A stretch of DNA of 64,000 nt from Chrysemys picta bellii (Eukaryota), in assembly GCF_011386835.1 (NCBI RefSeq), contig NC_088799.1, positions 51,460,001 to 51,524,000 on the forward strand. The letters run 5' to 3'. The notes beneath the pieces were generated by a model, which was given only the letters and a program-made list of their open reading frames with translations, did no database searches and had not been told where the DNA came from. The translations under genes and the position numbers were made by a program. This document shows, piece by piece, positions 48,781 through 60,636 of the stretch (position 1 is the first letter of the stretch; each line of letters opens with the position of its first letter).

Positions 48781-49264
48781 CATAAAGCTATGATGTGATG
48801 GGGACCAGAGAAGCACGTTAGGTCGATAGGTTTATGCATGTGAACAATCCCAGGGAAGCCAATGGAACTCCTATGGCCAGAGTGCATTGCAGATTAATAT
48901 GGCTCATACAGAGTAGAATGTATTGAAAAAAATGCACTAAATTAGCTAGTCAGGGACTACGAAGCTACCCACCCATTGTACAAAACCCGTAAGTCTAGCA
49001 ATATGGTATTTCATTTTTGTTTCCAACCTTGGTCGAACCAGTACAGTTTGCCTTAGAGGTTCTCTTTGGAAAAGGTCCAAGATAGTTGTTGGGGAATAAG
49101 CATTCTAGGTGATCCATCTGTCTCTGTAATATCTACTGTTAACCTACCTTGTGCAGAACTGAGGACTAAACACACGATTCTTCCATGGAGTGGAAGGTCA
49201 GATGGCACTAATCCTATGGCAACTAATTAATAAACTAATAGACCAGTCTGTCTCCAACTGGACT

Positions 49265-49640
49265 GGGCTGCAGGAGGCCTGGGCTCAGTTTCCAGCTCTG
49301 CTGTAGACTCCCTCTGTGACCTTGTCACTTCATCTCTTTGGGCCTCACTTACCCATCTACAAAATGAGAGTAAGGAACCCTTCCTTTTTCCTTGAGAGCA
49401 GGGGTCGTACCTTATTTTGTACATACACAGCAACACTACCTAGTGCTTTCTCATCAGTAGATCTCAGAGAGCTTTATAGACGTCTGTATCCTTATACCCA
49501 TTTTACAGATGGGGGAAACTAAGGCACAGAGAAGTGACTTGCATAAGGTCACTCTGCAGGCAAGCAGCAAAGCCAGGAGTAGAACTTGGACTGCCTGAGC
49601 CCCAGGTCAGTAGTCTCTCCTCTAGGCCACATTGCCTCCT
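49265..49640. mobile_element. Two MIR/CORE SINE remnants in opposite orientation (~49265-49375, ~49495-49640)
   Basis: GGGCCTCACTTACCCATCTACAAAATG versus CATTTTACAGATGGGGGAAACTAAGGCACAGAG. Confidence 0.7.
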
Positions 49641-50479
49641 GAGACCCTGACCTGATTTGTGGTCTGTAGGTGGTACCTTAACACAAAACAATACATAAAA
49701 ATAATGTAATGTGTGCCTCATTGAGGTGTACATCTCTCTGGATCCAGTCTGCATGATCTTCGCGGAGGGAGGCCAGAATGAACTGAATGTCTCCTTGACG
49801 TGAGCCCCACAGTAAGCTATATGGGGCAGAGACTGCTTTTCTGCTGCATATCTGGTCAATTGGGCCCTGATCCCTGACTGGTGACCACAGGCACTGCTGC
49901 AATGTCAACAAGAAATAAGCGAATTCCCCCAGAGAGGTCTTCTTCTCTCTGTTCACCAGCCTAGCAGCAGATAGAGAGGGTGCTGCAGCTGTGGGCCCAG
50001 GAAGAGACTGACTGCCTTTCCTTTTGTTCCTATTACATCTCATACATGTGCCCTGAGACACGTTAGATTGGCACATCTTAGACACAAAAGAAATTGTATT
50101 CCGATAGACTGCTTCAGAATATGCATAAATTCCTGAGCTGTGGCTGGTAGAGCACACATTGCTGAACAGTGCTGCCCAGTAGGTGAGGTAAGTCTCATTC
50201 ATGTGCAGGCATAACAGCAAAACACTAACGAGAATATTCCTCTCCTCCCTGTGACATGAGAATGAAAGACAGTCATTTCCTTACAGTTAATTAGGACTAA
50301 AGGAAATGGGCCGCTGCTGATTGGCTGAAATGGGCTGAACAAGCTTAAGTCAGAGTGGAGCTCTGTGCACCATGTGTTGAATCCAATGAAGGAATTAAAA
50401 GCATAAGTATGTATTTAATACAGATATAATTTGGTGGATAAAAAAGGCTGCAAGTCAAAGCACTGGCATCCTGCAACTA

Positions 50480-53040
50480 GGTGGAGCATAAGACTACAAT
50501 TACCCTTCTCTTGAACAGAGGGGGGTCCCACTATGTAAGTTCAGCAAGGATCCCTTTTCTTGGCTGTAGTTTTCCCAGGTAGGTTGGTAGCATAGTCCGT
50601 GCTGCGCTAGCTGATAAAAGACCTGGAAGAAGATTTATTGCATCTCCTCTCATGACGTGACATTGGGTTAGAAGCCATCTGAACCCTGCCACGGTTGAAG
50701 CATTTCAGAAATGGCAACCCCCAGCTGTGCACCATGCCACATAACCAATCTTCCCGGAACTTTTGGCTCCAGCCTTTGCCACTGCCTGACTGGAACGAGC
50801 ACTTCTACAGGTTCTGGGTTTCAGCCAAGCTGCACAAGGGAACCAGAGAGATACAAATTAACGTGTTCTTTTACAAAATGGGAAAGATAAGGCATTTGCA
50901 TTTGAGGAAGAAGGCCAGGAAAATAATGATGATGTTGTGATCAAGACATGTGATGAGTACTTTCTCCCAAGGTGCAGGATCAATAAAGCATACTCACTCC
51001 AGCATTACCACAACAGTGGTGAGGCCATAGAAGCGTTTGTTGGAACCTTGCATGAGCTGGCTGAGCACTATGACTGTGGGGAAGGTAAATAAAAACAATC
51101 AAGAAAGGGACTTGGAATTGGTATTGCTGTTCCAGAAAAGCAAAATGCTGGTATCTGGGAAATAAAAGCAGGCGTGACATGGAATCACCTGGACAACCAA
51201 GGGGGGAAACACAACACAAAATAAAAGAAGTAGGGAACGCAACAAATCAAGGTGCTTTGAGGAGACCTGCTATACTGAAGGAAGCAGTTGCCAAAAGGCA
51301 CAGAAAAGCACCATACAGATCCTTCTAAGGACTGATTCCATGTGAAGTGTACAGTATATAAAGCAGTATAAACAAGTCATTGTCTGTATGAAATTTTAAT
51401 TTGTACTGACTTCACTAGTGCTTTTTATGTGTTCTGTTGTAAAACTAGGCAAATATCTAGATGAATTGATGTTCCCCCTAGAAGATCCCGCATACCCCAG
51501 GGATATTAGAGTACTATTGCAACAGGCACTATAGAAAACTGATAGACACGTGGGGACATGCTTAGGAATAAACTTTCAACAGAGTCAAACACAAGGCGCC
51601 ATTTGCACTAGTTCTGGCATTCTGTAGCACTGTAATATAGAAAGCAGATTCAAACTACTTAGGTAAAGGCGGTGAGCTGATGTAGCAGAATGTCAAGAGG
51701 TTTTTCTTCTAGGTGCCACTTGCTTCCAAATGCTACATGACACAGAAAAGATACACCCAGATTGAAGAGGAATGCATACAGCAGTGTGGAACTGTGAGCA
51801 ATTTGCCTGCAATCATTTATGGATTAGAATCTTTCTGTCTTTTCATGGGCCACAAACTACTAGTGCCACTGATCAAAAGCAAAGGTGCAGACAGAGCACC
51901 ACTCTGATGTCACCAACTCTTCATGAGATTCAGTGGCAAAGGAGAACATGCTCCAGGGAAAAAAGTCTAATTGTCAGCAGCACCTTTTCAAGACATTCTG
52001 TGTGAGAGATAAAAGGATCAGAACCAGAATAAGAAATAAAGTTGCATGTGGAAGAAACAGTGACTGTCAAATCAATGTGAAGAGATGAATTAGGGATAAT
52101 AAGAAAAGCAGAACATGATGACAACAATCTACACATGGTCCTCATATATAAGGTTGGCCAAGATATATACAGCAGATTCCTAGAAACGTAAGGAGATATC
52201 ATACCATACGTGGGGAAGTATCTGAGCTGTGGGACTTATTGTGTACTAGGACAGCTTTGTTATACTAAGCCACGTCTACACTACGAAATAAGCTACTCTG
52301 GCAAAAGCACAGTTTTTCCAGTATAGCTGCATCTGCATCAGGGGCTTTTGACAGCTATGTCAGTCACGGATCACACATCCCCACAACCCTGACTCCCACA
52401 GCTGTGCTGACAACAGTGCAGACCTGGCCCTAGATCCACTGGTTTGAATGAATGAAGGTCACTGGGATCTAATAATATACTGGACATGAGCCCGCACGGT
52501 TGCATAGTGGCAGGCACTCAGTAATGATGTCATGGGCAAAGTATCTACATGTGAGTTTTGTCAGGGTCGCAGATCAGCACAGAAAAAAGAGCCCTTTAAA
52601 ATTATCTCATGATCAAAGGGATAAAAAATTTCTGCTCCTTTAGGTGAACCAGAATGGCAGAAATATCTGGTATTTGTCAATTATTCTTGCAGGTTTATGC
52701 TTTCCCTTACCCATCTGAGCTGGAGCCAAGTTACAGGCAAGCTCAAAAGTATGTGTTTGTTCAGTGAGGTACACATAAAAACAAAATTGGGTTATGGGAC
52801 GCAATACACAGTGTTCAAGTCTCTGGATCTGAGAAATACATGTGAGTTCCAGCCTTCTATAACCAGCTCTAATTACCTGCAGGGCAATGGGGCTGCAGAA
52901 AGGGCAGTGAAACTGCAAAACAAATACTGAAGCAGAAAGATCCCCTTTCAGCTTTAATGAGGTATTTAGCCAGGCCAATTGTTGCAACAAGGAATAGTTC
53001 CCTTCCCAGATACTGTGGTGATGAGGGCCACAGAAGGGAA
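50480..53040 (+). mobile_element. Decayed Ty3/Gypsy LTR retrotransposon (gag, RNase H, integrase remnants)
   Basis: gag: RFWVSAKLHKGTREIQIN..YKMGK and DEYFLP..GEAIEAFVGTLHELAEHYD (50700-51100). RNase H: KRYTQIEEEC..YGLESFCLFMGHKLLVPLI..APL (51715-52000). Integrase: TSSNYLQGNGAAERAV (52860-52915). Degenerate PBS TTGGGTTAGAAG at 50663-50674. Confidence 0.85.
52268..52430. mobile_element. Old PIF/Harbinger MITE inside Gypsy pol
   Basis: AGCCACGTCTACACTAC / CAGTGCAGACCTGGCCC termini. Confidence 0.65.
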
Positions 53041-53078
53041 GGGCGGCACGAAAAAAAAGAGAGAGAGAGAGAGAGAGA

Positions 53079-53583
53079 GGCCTTGTCTTCAATGCTGAAA
53101 AAGGTGTATTTTTTACCTTGGAATAACTAAGGTGCATGAGCTATCCTGAGGTAAAACACAGTGAAGGCCACACACTTTAGTTTTACCATAAGATAAATTC
53201 ACCAAGGTCAACCCCTAGAAGGGGATAGGGCTGTGTCTCTCAAAGCTTGGCCTTCTCTGTGGGTATGTCTATACTACCTGCCGGATCGACCCCCGAGCGC
53301 TCTTCCATCGACTCCTCCACTCCACCGGTGCGAGAGGCGCAGGTGGAGTTGACGGGGAAGCGGGAGCAGTTGACTCACCACATGAAGACACCGCAGTGAG
53401 TAGATCTAAGTACATCGGCTTCAATTACGTTATTCACGTAGCTGAAGTTGCATAACTTAGATTGATTCTTCCCTCTTCCTCCCCCAGTGTGGACTAGGCC
53501 TGTGTTTTTACCTCAGGATAGCTCACCGGCACTCGTTGCCCCAAGGTGAAAACCAAACCTTTTTTAGCAGTGAAGACCAGGCA
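53079..53583. mobile_element. Palindromic Harbinger-type MITE (outer), hosting a second MITE
   Basis: ~80-bp inverted arms GGCCTTGTCTTCAATGCTGAAAAAGGT...GAGCTATCCTGAGGTAAAACACAG; flanks AGA/AGA. Confidence 0.8.
53261..53500. mobile_element. PIF/Harbinger MITE (inner), 240 bp
   Basis: TIRs GGGTATGTCTATACT / AGTGTGGACTAGGCC; 3-bp TSD TGT/TGT; same family as 26284-26568. Confidence 0.88.
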
Positions 53584-54179
53584 AGAGAGATGATGATAGT
53601 ACATCAGATTAGAACCACAATCCCAATATGCTTCAGGAAAAACTTTAAACTCAGCTGGTAAATCACAGGTTGGTACAGAAAGTCAATGAGGGAGCCTAAA
53701 AAGCTTCTTCCATAATGGATACTTCTGTAAGAGAAGACATTTTGCTAAAGATCTCTCTGAGCTGGAACCTGGCAAAGCTGACATGGAGCACCATCTGTTT
53801 AGGAGCAAGAAGGCAATTCCAAGGTTCTCTTCAGTAGAGACAGCTAATGAAATATTCTGCAGGAACCAAAGATAGGTTGTCTGTTTCACCAGCAAAAGAG
53901 AGTAGGTAGGCCAGGAGGAAGGGCAAGCTGGGATGCCCCACTCTGTCATCTTGATATAACAGAGAACATTAACCAACAAAAATACGTCCACAGAAGCTTT
54001 CCTTTTCAGCTAATGCTGTTACGTTGCCAGGGCAGTCTGGTATGTCAGACCAGGGCATTTGAACATCAGGTGGAAGCTTTGTGAGAATACCTCTATGCTA
54101 GTGAAAATGTGGACAGCAAACTATTAAAGAGGTACAACAAAGCTCCTTGGGTGGACAGAAGGCAGTCTACTCTTCACCA

Positions 54180-54881
54180 TCATCATCATCATAGGACCTA
54201 ATCACATCAGCCATACCATCAGGGGCTCGTTCACCTGCACATCTACCAATGTGATATATGCCATCATGTGCCAGCAATGCCCCTCTGCCATGTACATTGG
54301 CCAAACCGGACAGTCTCTATGCAAAAGAATTAATGACACAAATCTGACATCAGGAATCAAAATACTCAAAAACCAGTGGGAGAACACTTTAACCTGTCTG
54401 GTCATTCAGTGACAGACCTGCGGGTGGCTATATTACAACAGAAAAACTTCAAAAACAGACTCCAACGAGAGACTGCTGAGCTGGAATTGATATGCAAACT
54501 AGACACAATCAACTCCGGTTTGAATAAGGACTGGGAATGGCTGAGCCATTACAAACATTGAATCTATCTCCCCTTGTAAGTATGCTCACACTTCTTATCA
54601 AACTGTCTGTACTAGGCTATCTTGATTATCACTTCAAAAGTTTTTTTTCTCTTAATTAATTGGCCTCTCAGAGTTGGTAAGACAACTCCCACCTGTTTAT
54701 GCTCTCTGTATGTGTGTATATATATCTCCTCAATATATGTTCCATTCTATATGCATCTGAAGAAGTGGGCTGTAGTCCACAAAAGCTTATGCTCTAATAA
54801 ATTTGTTAGTCTCTAAGGTGCCACAAGTACTCCTGTTCTTCTTTTTGCGGATACAGACTAACATGGCTGCTACTCTGAAAC
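54180..54881 (+). mobile_element. 5'-truncated Penelope-like element with GIY-YIG endonuclease and 3' pLTR
   Basis: Translation FTCTSTNVIYAIMCQQCPSAMYIGQTGQSL..(1-nt frameshift)..HKSDIRN..PVGEHFNLSGHSVTDL..RLQRETAELELICKLDTINSGLNKD. Perfect 13-bp TSD CTACTCTTCACCA (54167-54179 / 54882-54894). Confidence 0.95.
54753..54792 (+). ncRNA. Minimal type I hammerhead ribozyme motif, G12A variant
   Basis: GCAT-CTGAAGA-A-GTGGGC(TGTA)GTCCAC-AAAA-GC-TT-ATGC. Confidence 0.7.
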
Positions 54882-55032
54882 CTACTCTTCACCAGTTAGA
54901 CAAAATAGTAAATATTGTAGTTTAAGCCAAAAGAGGGAACATGCTGAAAAAAAATTAGGTTGAAACACTGACATCCAAGCAATAGGTGGAGATTAAGACT
55001 ACAATTACACTTGGATTGAACTGAGAGATACC

Positions 55033-55762
55033 CAGGATTGCCAACCTCAAACGCTCAAAAATCAGCCCCAGGAAATCAGGAGATTTGCATAAGAAACCCT
55101 GCATTCTAGTTTCTGTGCACTTGGGTCACATTTTCAAGTCTTTGTGAGTATTGCGGCTAGAAACTTTTTTCCCCCCTCTCATGACAACTGAGATTCTCAC
55201 ATAGTCACATACACCTCTACCCCGATATAATGCTGTCCTCAGGAGCCAAAAAATCTTACCGCGTTATAGGTGAAACCGCGTTATATCGAACTTGCTTTGA
55301 TCCGCCCCTGCCCCCTCGGAGCACTGTTTTACCGCGTTATATCCAAATTCATGTTATATCGGGTTACGTTATATCGGGGTAGAGGTGTATCTGAGTCTGA
55401 TCTGTTCTGAGTTAACCAATAATGAATCTTAAGGAAATTATTTACAATACTGAGAACCCAAACCATTTAAAACTCATAATTCACCCCTCCCCCTCCCAAA
55501 TAATGAGATTGACTTCAAAGTAATAAATCTGGGTTCTTGTTATTTGCCTTCTGATTTCTGAGTTTTTAGTGGGCACTCAGGTCACATTTTCAAGCTTTTC
55601 TCTGAAAGTATGAGGCCTAGAAACTTACTTAGAAAAGAAAAGAAAGACAAAAAGACAGAAAGAAAAGTGAGATTCTCATCTAATCACATACCTCCAGGAG
55701 TTGGAGCTTTAAGATACACACCAAATACTGCAAGTCTTGTGATATCGTGAGTTGGCATACTA
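55033..55762. mobile_element. Old hAT-like element (AGGGTTGCCAAC-type ends) hosting a Tigger MITE
   Basis: CAGGATTGCCAACC ... GAGTTGGCATACT termini. Confidence 0.45.
55212..55387. mobile_element. Tigger-like MITE, 176 bp
   Basis: Perfect 19-bp TIRs CACCTCTACCCCGATATAA; TA TSD on both sides; internal repeats of ACCGCGTTATA. Confidence 0.95.
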
Positions 55763-55959
55763 TTTTTATTATCACCTTGTGACATGGCACACAGTGTTTA
55801 GTGAAGATTATAACAGCAAAATGGCACGTAGCTAAAACTGCCATTCCTAGGCTCCGTGAGCAGGGATTAAATCTGAGACATCCAATGCCAAAGCACAGAC
55901 TTTTGTCTCTTGAGCTAATGGAGTAAGTTCACTAACTGGGAGCATTACTAGGGGGCTAC

Positions 55960-57750
55960 CTTCTGTGGATCAGTCACAGAGTGGAACATGTAACATATTT
56001 GGGCAGCGTGTTGCACCAACATTTCTTAAGTCAGGCACTGCGCCTTACACTTTGTGGAAAACACAATTAGAAGAGCTGCCAATGCAGGAAATAATTTCAC
56101 CTTTAGAGTTCAGTGAGCAAGATGCACTGATTGTGTATGTTCCCAGAAATGGTGGGAGTGTATGATTTTGTGGGGCTAAAGTTGAATCCAATTCCAAACC
56201 GAAACCTTTAGACTTATTTGGTCATCTGGCAGAAAGGGTGAAGTTTGCAAAATGTAACCTGCCCCAACACATCAACTGGTGGTGCTAGAGCTAAGCTGAA
56301 AATACATTCCAGGCAAAGCATTAATTAGGTTACCATTAGAACCGAGGCAAAAAAAAATTAGGCAAAAACTATTCTGAAAAAGTCTTAATGTTTCATTTCA
56401 ACTTTTTGAAACAAAATGTTTCAATATTTTGATTTGAAGCAACTTTTTGTTTTCAAAATTCCTCAATTTTATTTTGAAAAAATTAAACAATGAGATTGAA
56501 CACAACACTTATTCTGACAGAAAACAATTTTTAACCACTTTTCTGTTCACTGACAATGTTTTAGATCAACCCAAAATGTAAGATTTATTCCAAATACATT
56601 GCTATTAACCACCCCTGTTTGCATTATTAGGAAGAACGTGAAATGGGTTTGGACTGAGAAGCTAAGGAAGACTTTTGAGGGAGCAGAAAAAGAACTGAGC
56701 ATTTCTATGTGATGCCTCAGTAGGGGAGGGAGATGTAATTTCACACATATGAAATGATGGGGAAAATAAACCTAAACCATTCACTTCCAACCACAAACAG
56801 AAAAGTGGGCACTGTTTGGGGGATATTAAATTCCATGAGTACTTGTTTGGGGAAAATATCATCTGGATCCATGATCACAAACGTCTGGTAAAGATGCTGG
56901 CTCCAAAGGCATGTATTCTACATCTACCAGAAACCAAAATGCATATGGGGACTTTGAGCTCAGCTGTATATCAATAAATCAGGTATTAGCAGCAGCTACT
57001 GCTGATATACTATCCCTAGTGCCTATGAAAGCAGAGACATAACCTGATATATCGGTGTACAGATTCCTTTTCCTATAGGACTTTCCCATTCCAGCCAAAG
57101 AAACAGCCATGGATACTAAGAACATATGATGAAATTAAAGTAATGGAATATACTCTTTCCAGATGCTCAAACCCACCCAGGAAATGAGAACTTTTGTCTT
57201 TATTTGCATAGAAAAATGGGGCTATCATTAGATTGTTTATAGGGAGTGTACACAGGTAGTAATACCAAAAAGCTTACATCCAAAAGGTGTTGCTGATTGA
57301 CATGAACATCATCTAAGCGTAATAAAAATGGTTTTGCTAGAAGTAAAGTTTGGTGACAAGGGCTAGCCTAGTACATAGAAAGGGAAATTACAGTCACTGG
57401 TCCAGATTCTCAGCTGATGTAAACCAGCACGGCTCTATTGACTTTAACAAAGCATTTTATATCAGCTGAGGATCTGGCCCACAGTGAGTTACATGGAGGT
57501 AATGATCACCGAAACATACCAGAAACTGATTTCTGTTTCAGAAATGGCCACTAGCCCCGAAAGCTATCTCACAAGATAGATTTTGCAAGAAAGAATAAAC
57601 AAATGTAGTTAGTTGTGGTGGATGCTTATTCCAGGCAGCCAGAAGTAGTACAAGATGTCACTTGTTTGCTGCACATGTGTTACCCGAAGAGACCTTTTCT
57701 GGTAATTGCCCCGGGTTTGTTTCTTAGAAATTTCAGCTCTTCCTCGGGAG
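55960..57750 (+). mobile_element. Second, more decayed Ty3/Gypsy pol remnant
   Basis: RT start APTFLKSGTAPYTL..IISPLEFSE..IVYVPRNGGSV*FCG (56010-56175); RNase H CDASVGEGDVISH and KFHEYLFG..DHKRL; integrase IDFA..LVVVDAYSRQPEV..LFAAHVLPEE (57577-57740). Confidence 0.75.
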
Positions 57751-60491
57751 GAATTTAAACTCTAATCTCCTCAGACGTCCCATATAACACAGGCCAGAGA
57801 ATTTCACCTAGTGATTTCTGCATTGTGCTCAGCGCTTCATGGCTGAACTAATCATGGAGAAGTGTATTGACTAGTTGTTCCAAAATAAAGGTTGAAGTGG
57901 AGGAACGGCACTGAAATCAGAGCATGTGACCATGCAGTTACTGGTAAGGAAACTCATTCTGCTCTTCTATTAAACTATGGACGATGGCAATGATAATGCT
58001 ACTGCAGAAGGTAATCTCAAAATGGAGATGAGACACCAGAGGTAGAACAGATGTAGAGTGCCCGTTGTGGCAGTTTCCTTTGGCCAGCATGTAAATGCAG
58101 GCCTCCAATAGGATAAAACTGAAAAAGACAGCAATGGAGTGTGGGGTATCCATAGTAGCTGTGTAACTGTTGGCTTTATTTTCCCACCACTGCACTTTTC
58201 AATTGCTAAGGAGTCTGCCATTTTGTGAAGAAGAGCGGATGCAGCACATTATAGAGGGTGCACACACTGTGTTCTCCGATGGAAACTTTCCATCTTCTTT
58301 CTTTGCCATCCCATGAGCTACTGAGGGGTGTCAAACTCATTTGGAGGAGAGGGCTGGAGTCCATGCTTAATCTTGGACTGTGGCCAACGTATAAATTCAG
58401 GACTACATCCCTCCCACAATGCACCATGAAACTTCTTCTGGACTTAATGGGAGTTTTGCACAGAGATCAAGGGAAGAATATGGCTTTGATCTAGTAACTA
58501 AAGTTTTAGTTATTTATTCTGTGTCTTATTGTTACATTCATCATTTAGTTGGGAAATATGCTCCCTTCCAAGCCCACTGCTATTTCTACCCTTTCTCTTC
58601 TTTCTTCCTCCTCCTTTCTCCATAACGCCTTTGAGTGTCTCATCTGCTCTTTCCTCTGCATTTCCTCCTCTATAGCAACTCCCAGTTTTCAGCGTCATAG
58701 GCTTCACTGCAACCTGTGCCATCCACTAAAATGAGCTAATGTTGACATTAAAGTATCATGGCTGGGCTTTAGAGTTGACACCCTATTTTATGAATAGAGA
58801 GCAGGAATTCAATACTTCAGAATCAGTTTCAGGCTCTTTGCAAACTCAGGCAGATGTGACTGGATTGGTTTATTAGAAAATTATCTCTGAAGCAATGAGG
58901 GCTACAAACTTCCTTTTTAAAAACATGGAAAGCTGGGATTCTGCATAATCTGAATATATCCTGTGGGTCACATAAATTCTTTATACAGGTAGGAGCCAGA
59001 CCCCAGGTTGTATGTTTAACACTCCTGCTCTAATGTAAAAATCATTCAGACTGAAATTATCTGCTTGCTTTTTGTGTAATGTAGAAAAAAATTAATATAA
59101 GTTTGGGGTCTTTCACTGATTCCTCAAGGTTGTGAATCCAAAACTAAAATCTAAAGCGGTATGGTGGCTTTGGTTTTCAACTTGCCTACCATAGATAGGC
59201 CAAAGTGACTGTGCTTTGGTTTTGCAAAAATATGTTGGTTGCGTTTGGGTTTTGCAAAAGCAAAAACCAAACGAAGAGTGTTTCTAAGCCAGGTTTCATT
59301 TGATCAGAGCTAAAATTGGGGAGGGTTAGTTCAGATAAAAGATTTGGGCATTATGTGAATATTTGAAATGATCGAAACAATTCTGGTCATTTGAATTAAG
59401 AAGATTTGCTTAGTAGTATTTTGTCGGTCAATCAATTGCCTATCAGGTGGTACCCCCACAGCTCCCTCAGTTCATCTGTAACAATAAAGAAAAAGGGATC
59501 ACTAAAGATTGAACCTCAACTATGTGAAGGGGAATCATAGATTAGCAAACCACTTCCACAACCAGATATCTACACACACATACACTGGGCTAGCGTGGGC
59601 CCGATCCTCAGCTGGGCAGATCAGCAAAGACTGGCTGACGTCAATAGAATTCTGCCAATTTACACCAGGGGAGGATTTTATCCTGCGTTTGATTCATTTT
59701 CCCTGTGCTTAGAGATCTGTCGGAAAATGGGAGTCAAGCGCCTGGAACTTCATGTTGAAAACAATTTGCCCTTGGTTTGGTTATTTGTTTAAAGGTCTAT
59801 CTTTTCATTTGGAGGTGGCTTAGCCCTCTGCCCAAGCCTTGGAGAAACCCTCCCTGGAACTGGAGATTTTGTCACTATAGTGGTCAGAAATCCTTCCCTC
59901 CCACAAGCTGTCAACTCATGAATTCAAGGCAGCATAAAACACAGCAGACCTTTCAATCACGCTCCCCAACATGCAGATCCATCCTTTGCTCTTCCTTCGG
60001 AAATGAGTTTTCTAATATCCTTCATCCCCCTCCCCCAGGGAAGGGGAAGCCTTTATTTAAGTGCCTGATCAGAATGACCAGCCTGCGAGGGGGGATTTGA
60101 ATAGCACCTTATCTGGGGTCTCTCTCTCTCTAATGCTTGACATCAGAAGCTTTGCTACATTTCTTTTTTAATTACAATGGAAAAGAATTGGATTGAACAG
60201 TAAAGTTAAAATAAAATTTAAAAAAACCTTTCAAAGTACAATATGAATGAAAAAATGATGGTTTTACTCTTTTCCTTAAAGTAAAATAGCTTTTATTTCC
60301 CCCCCCCTCCACTCGCCTCCTCTACCTAGATAATGCATTTGGTTAGATTTATTTGCTCAGCCCAGAAAACTTGACACTAAGGGGATTATTTAGTTTTAGA
60401 TGCGCTGTAGTCCATAGTAATAGCCAACAGGGAAAGGAATGAAGCAGCGATATTAGCAGGAAGATGGGAGGGGAGGGTGGTCGGGGGAGGG

Positions 60492-60636
60492 NNNNNNNNN
60501 NNNNNNNNNNNNNNNNNNNNNNNNNNNNNNNNNNNNNNNNNNNNNNNNNNNNNNNNNNNNNNNNNNNNNNNNNNNNNNNNNNNNNNNNNNNNNNNNNNNN
60601 NNNNNNNNNNNNNNNNNNNNNNNNNNNNNNNNNNNN
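60492..60636. other. Assembly gap (145 N)
   Basis: N run immediately after a G-tract cluster. Confidence 0.99.

Noticed and set aside
49678-50220. 180-aa - strand ORF and a + strand GAG|GTAAGT donor near 50187
   Set aside because: No recognisable domain; the + frames contain multiple stops; the region lies between SINEs and a Gypsy remnant.
57976-58015. ATG GAC GAT...GCA GAA G|GTAATC as a mini first exon
   Set aside because: Too short and with a weak donor; no promoter evidence.
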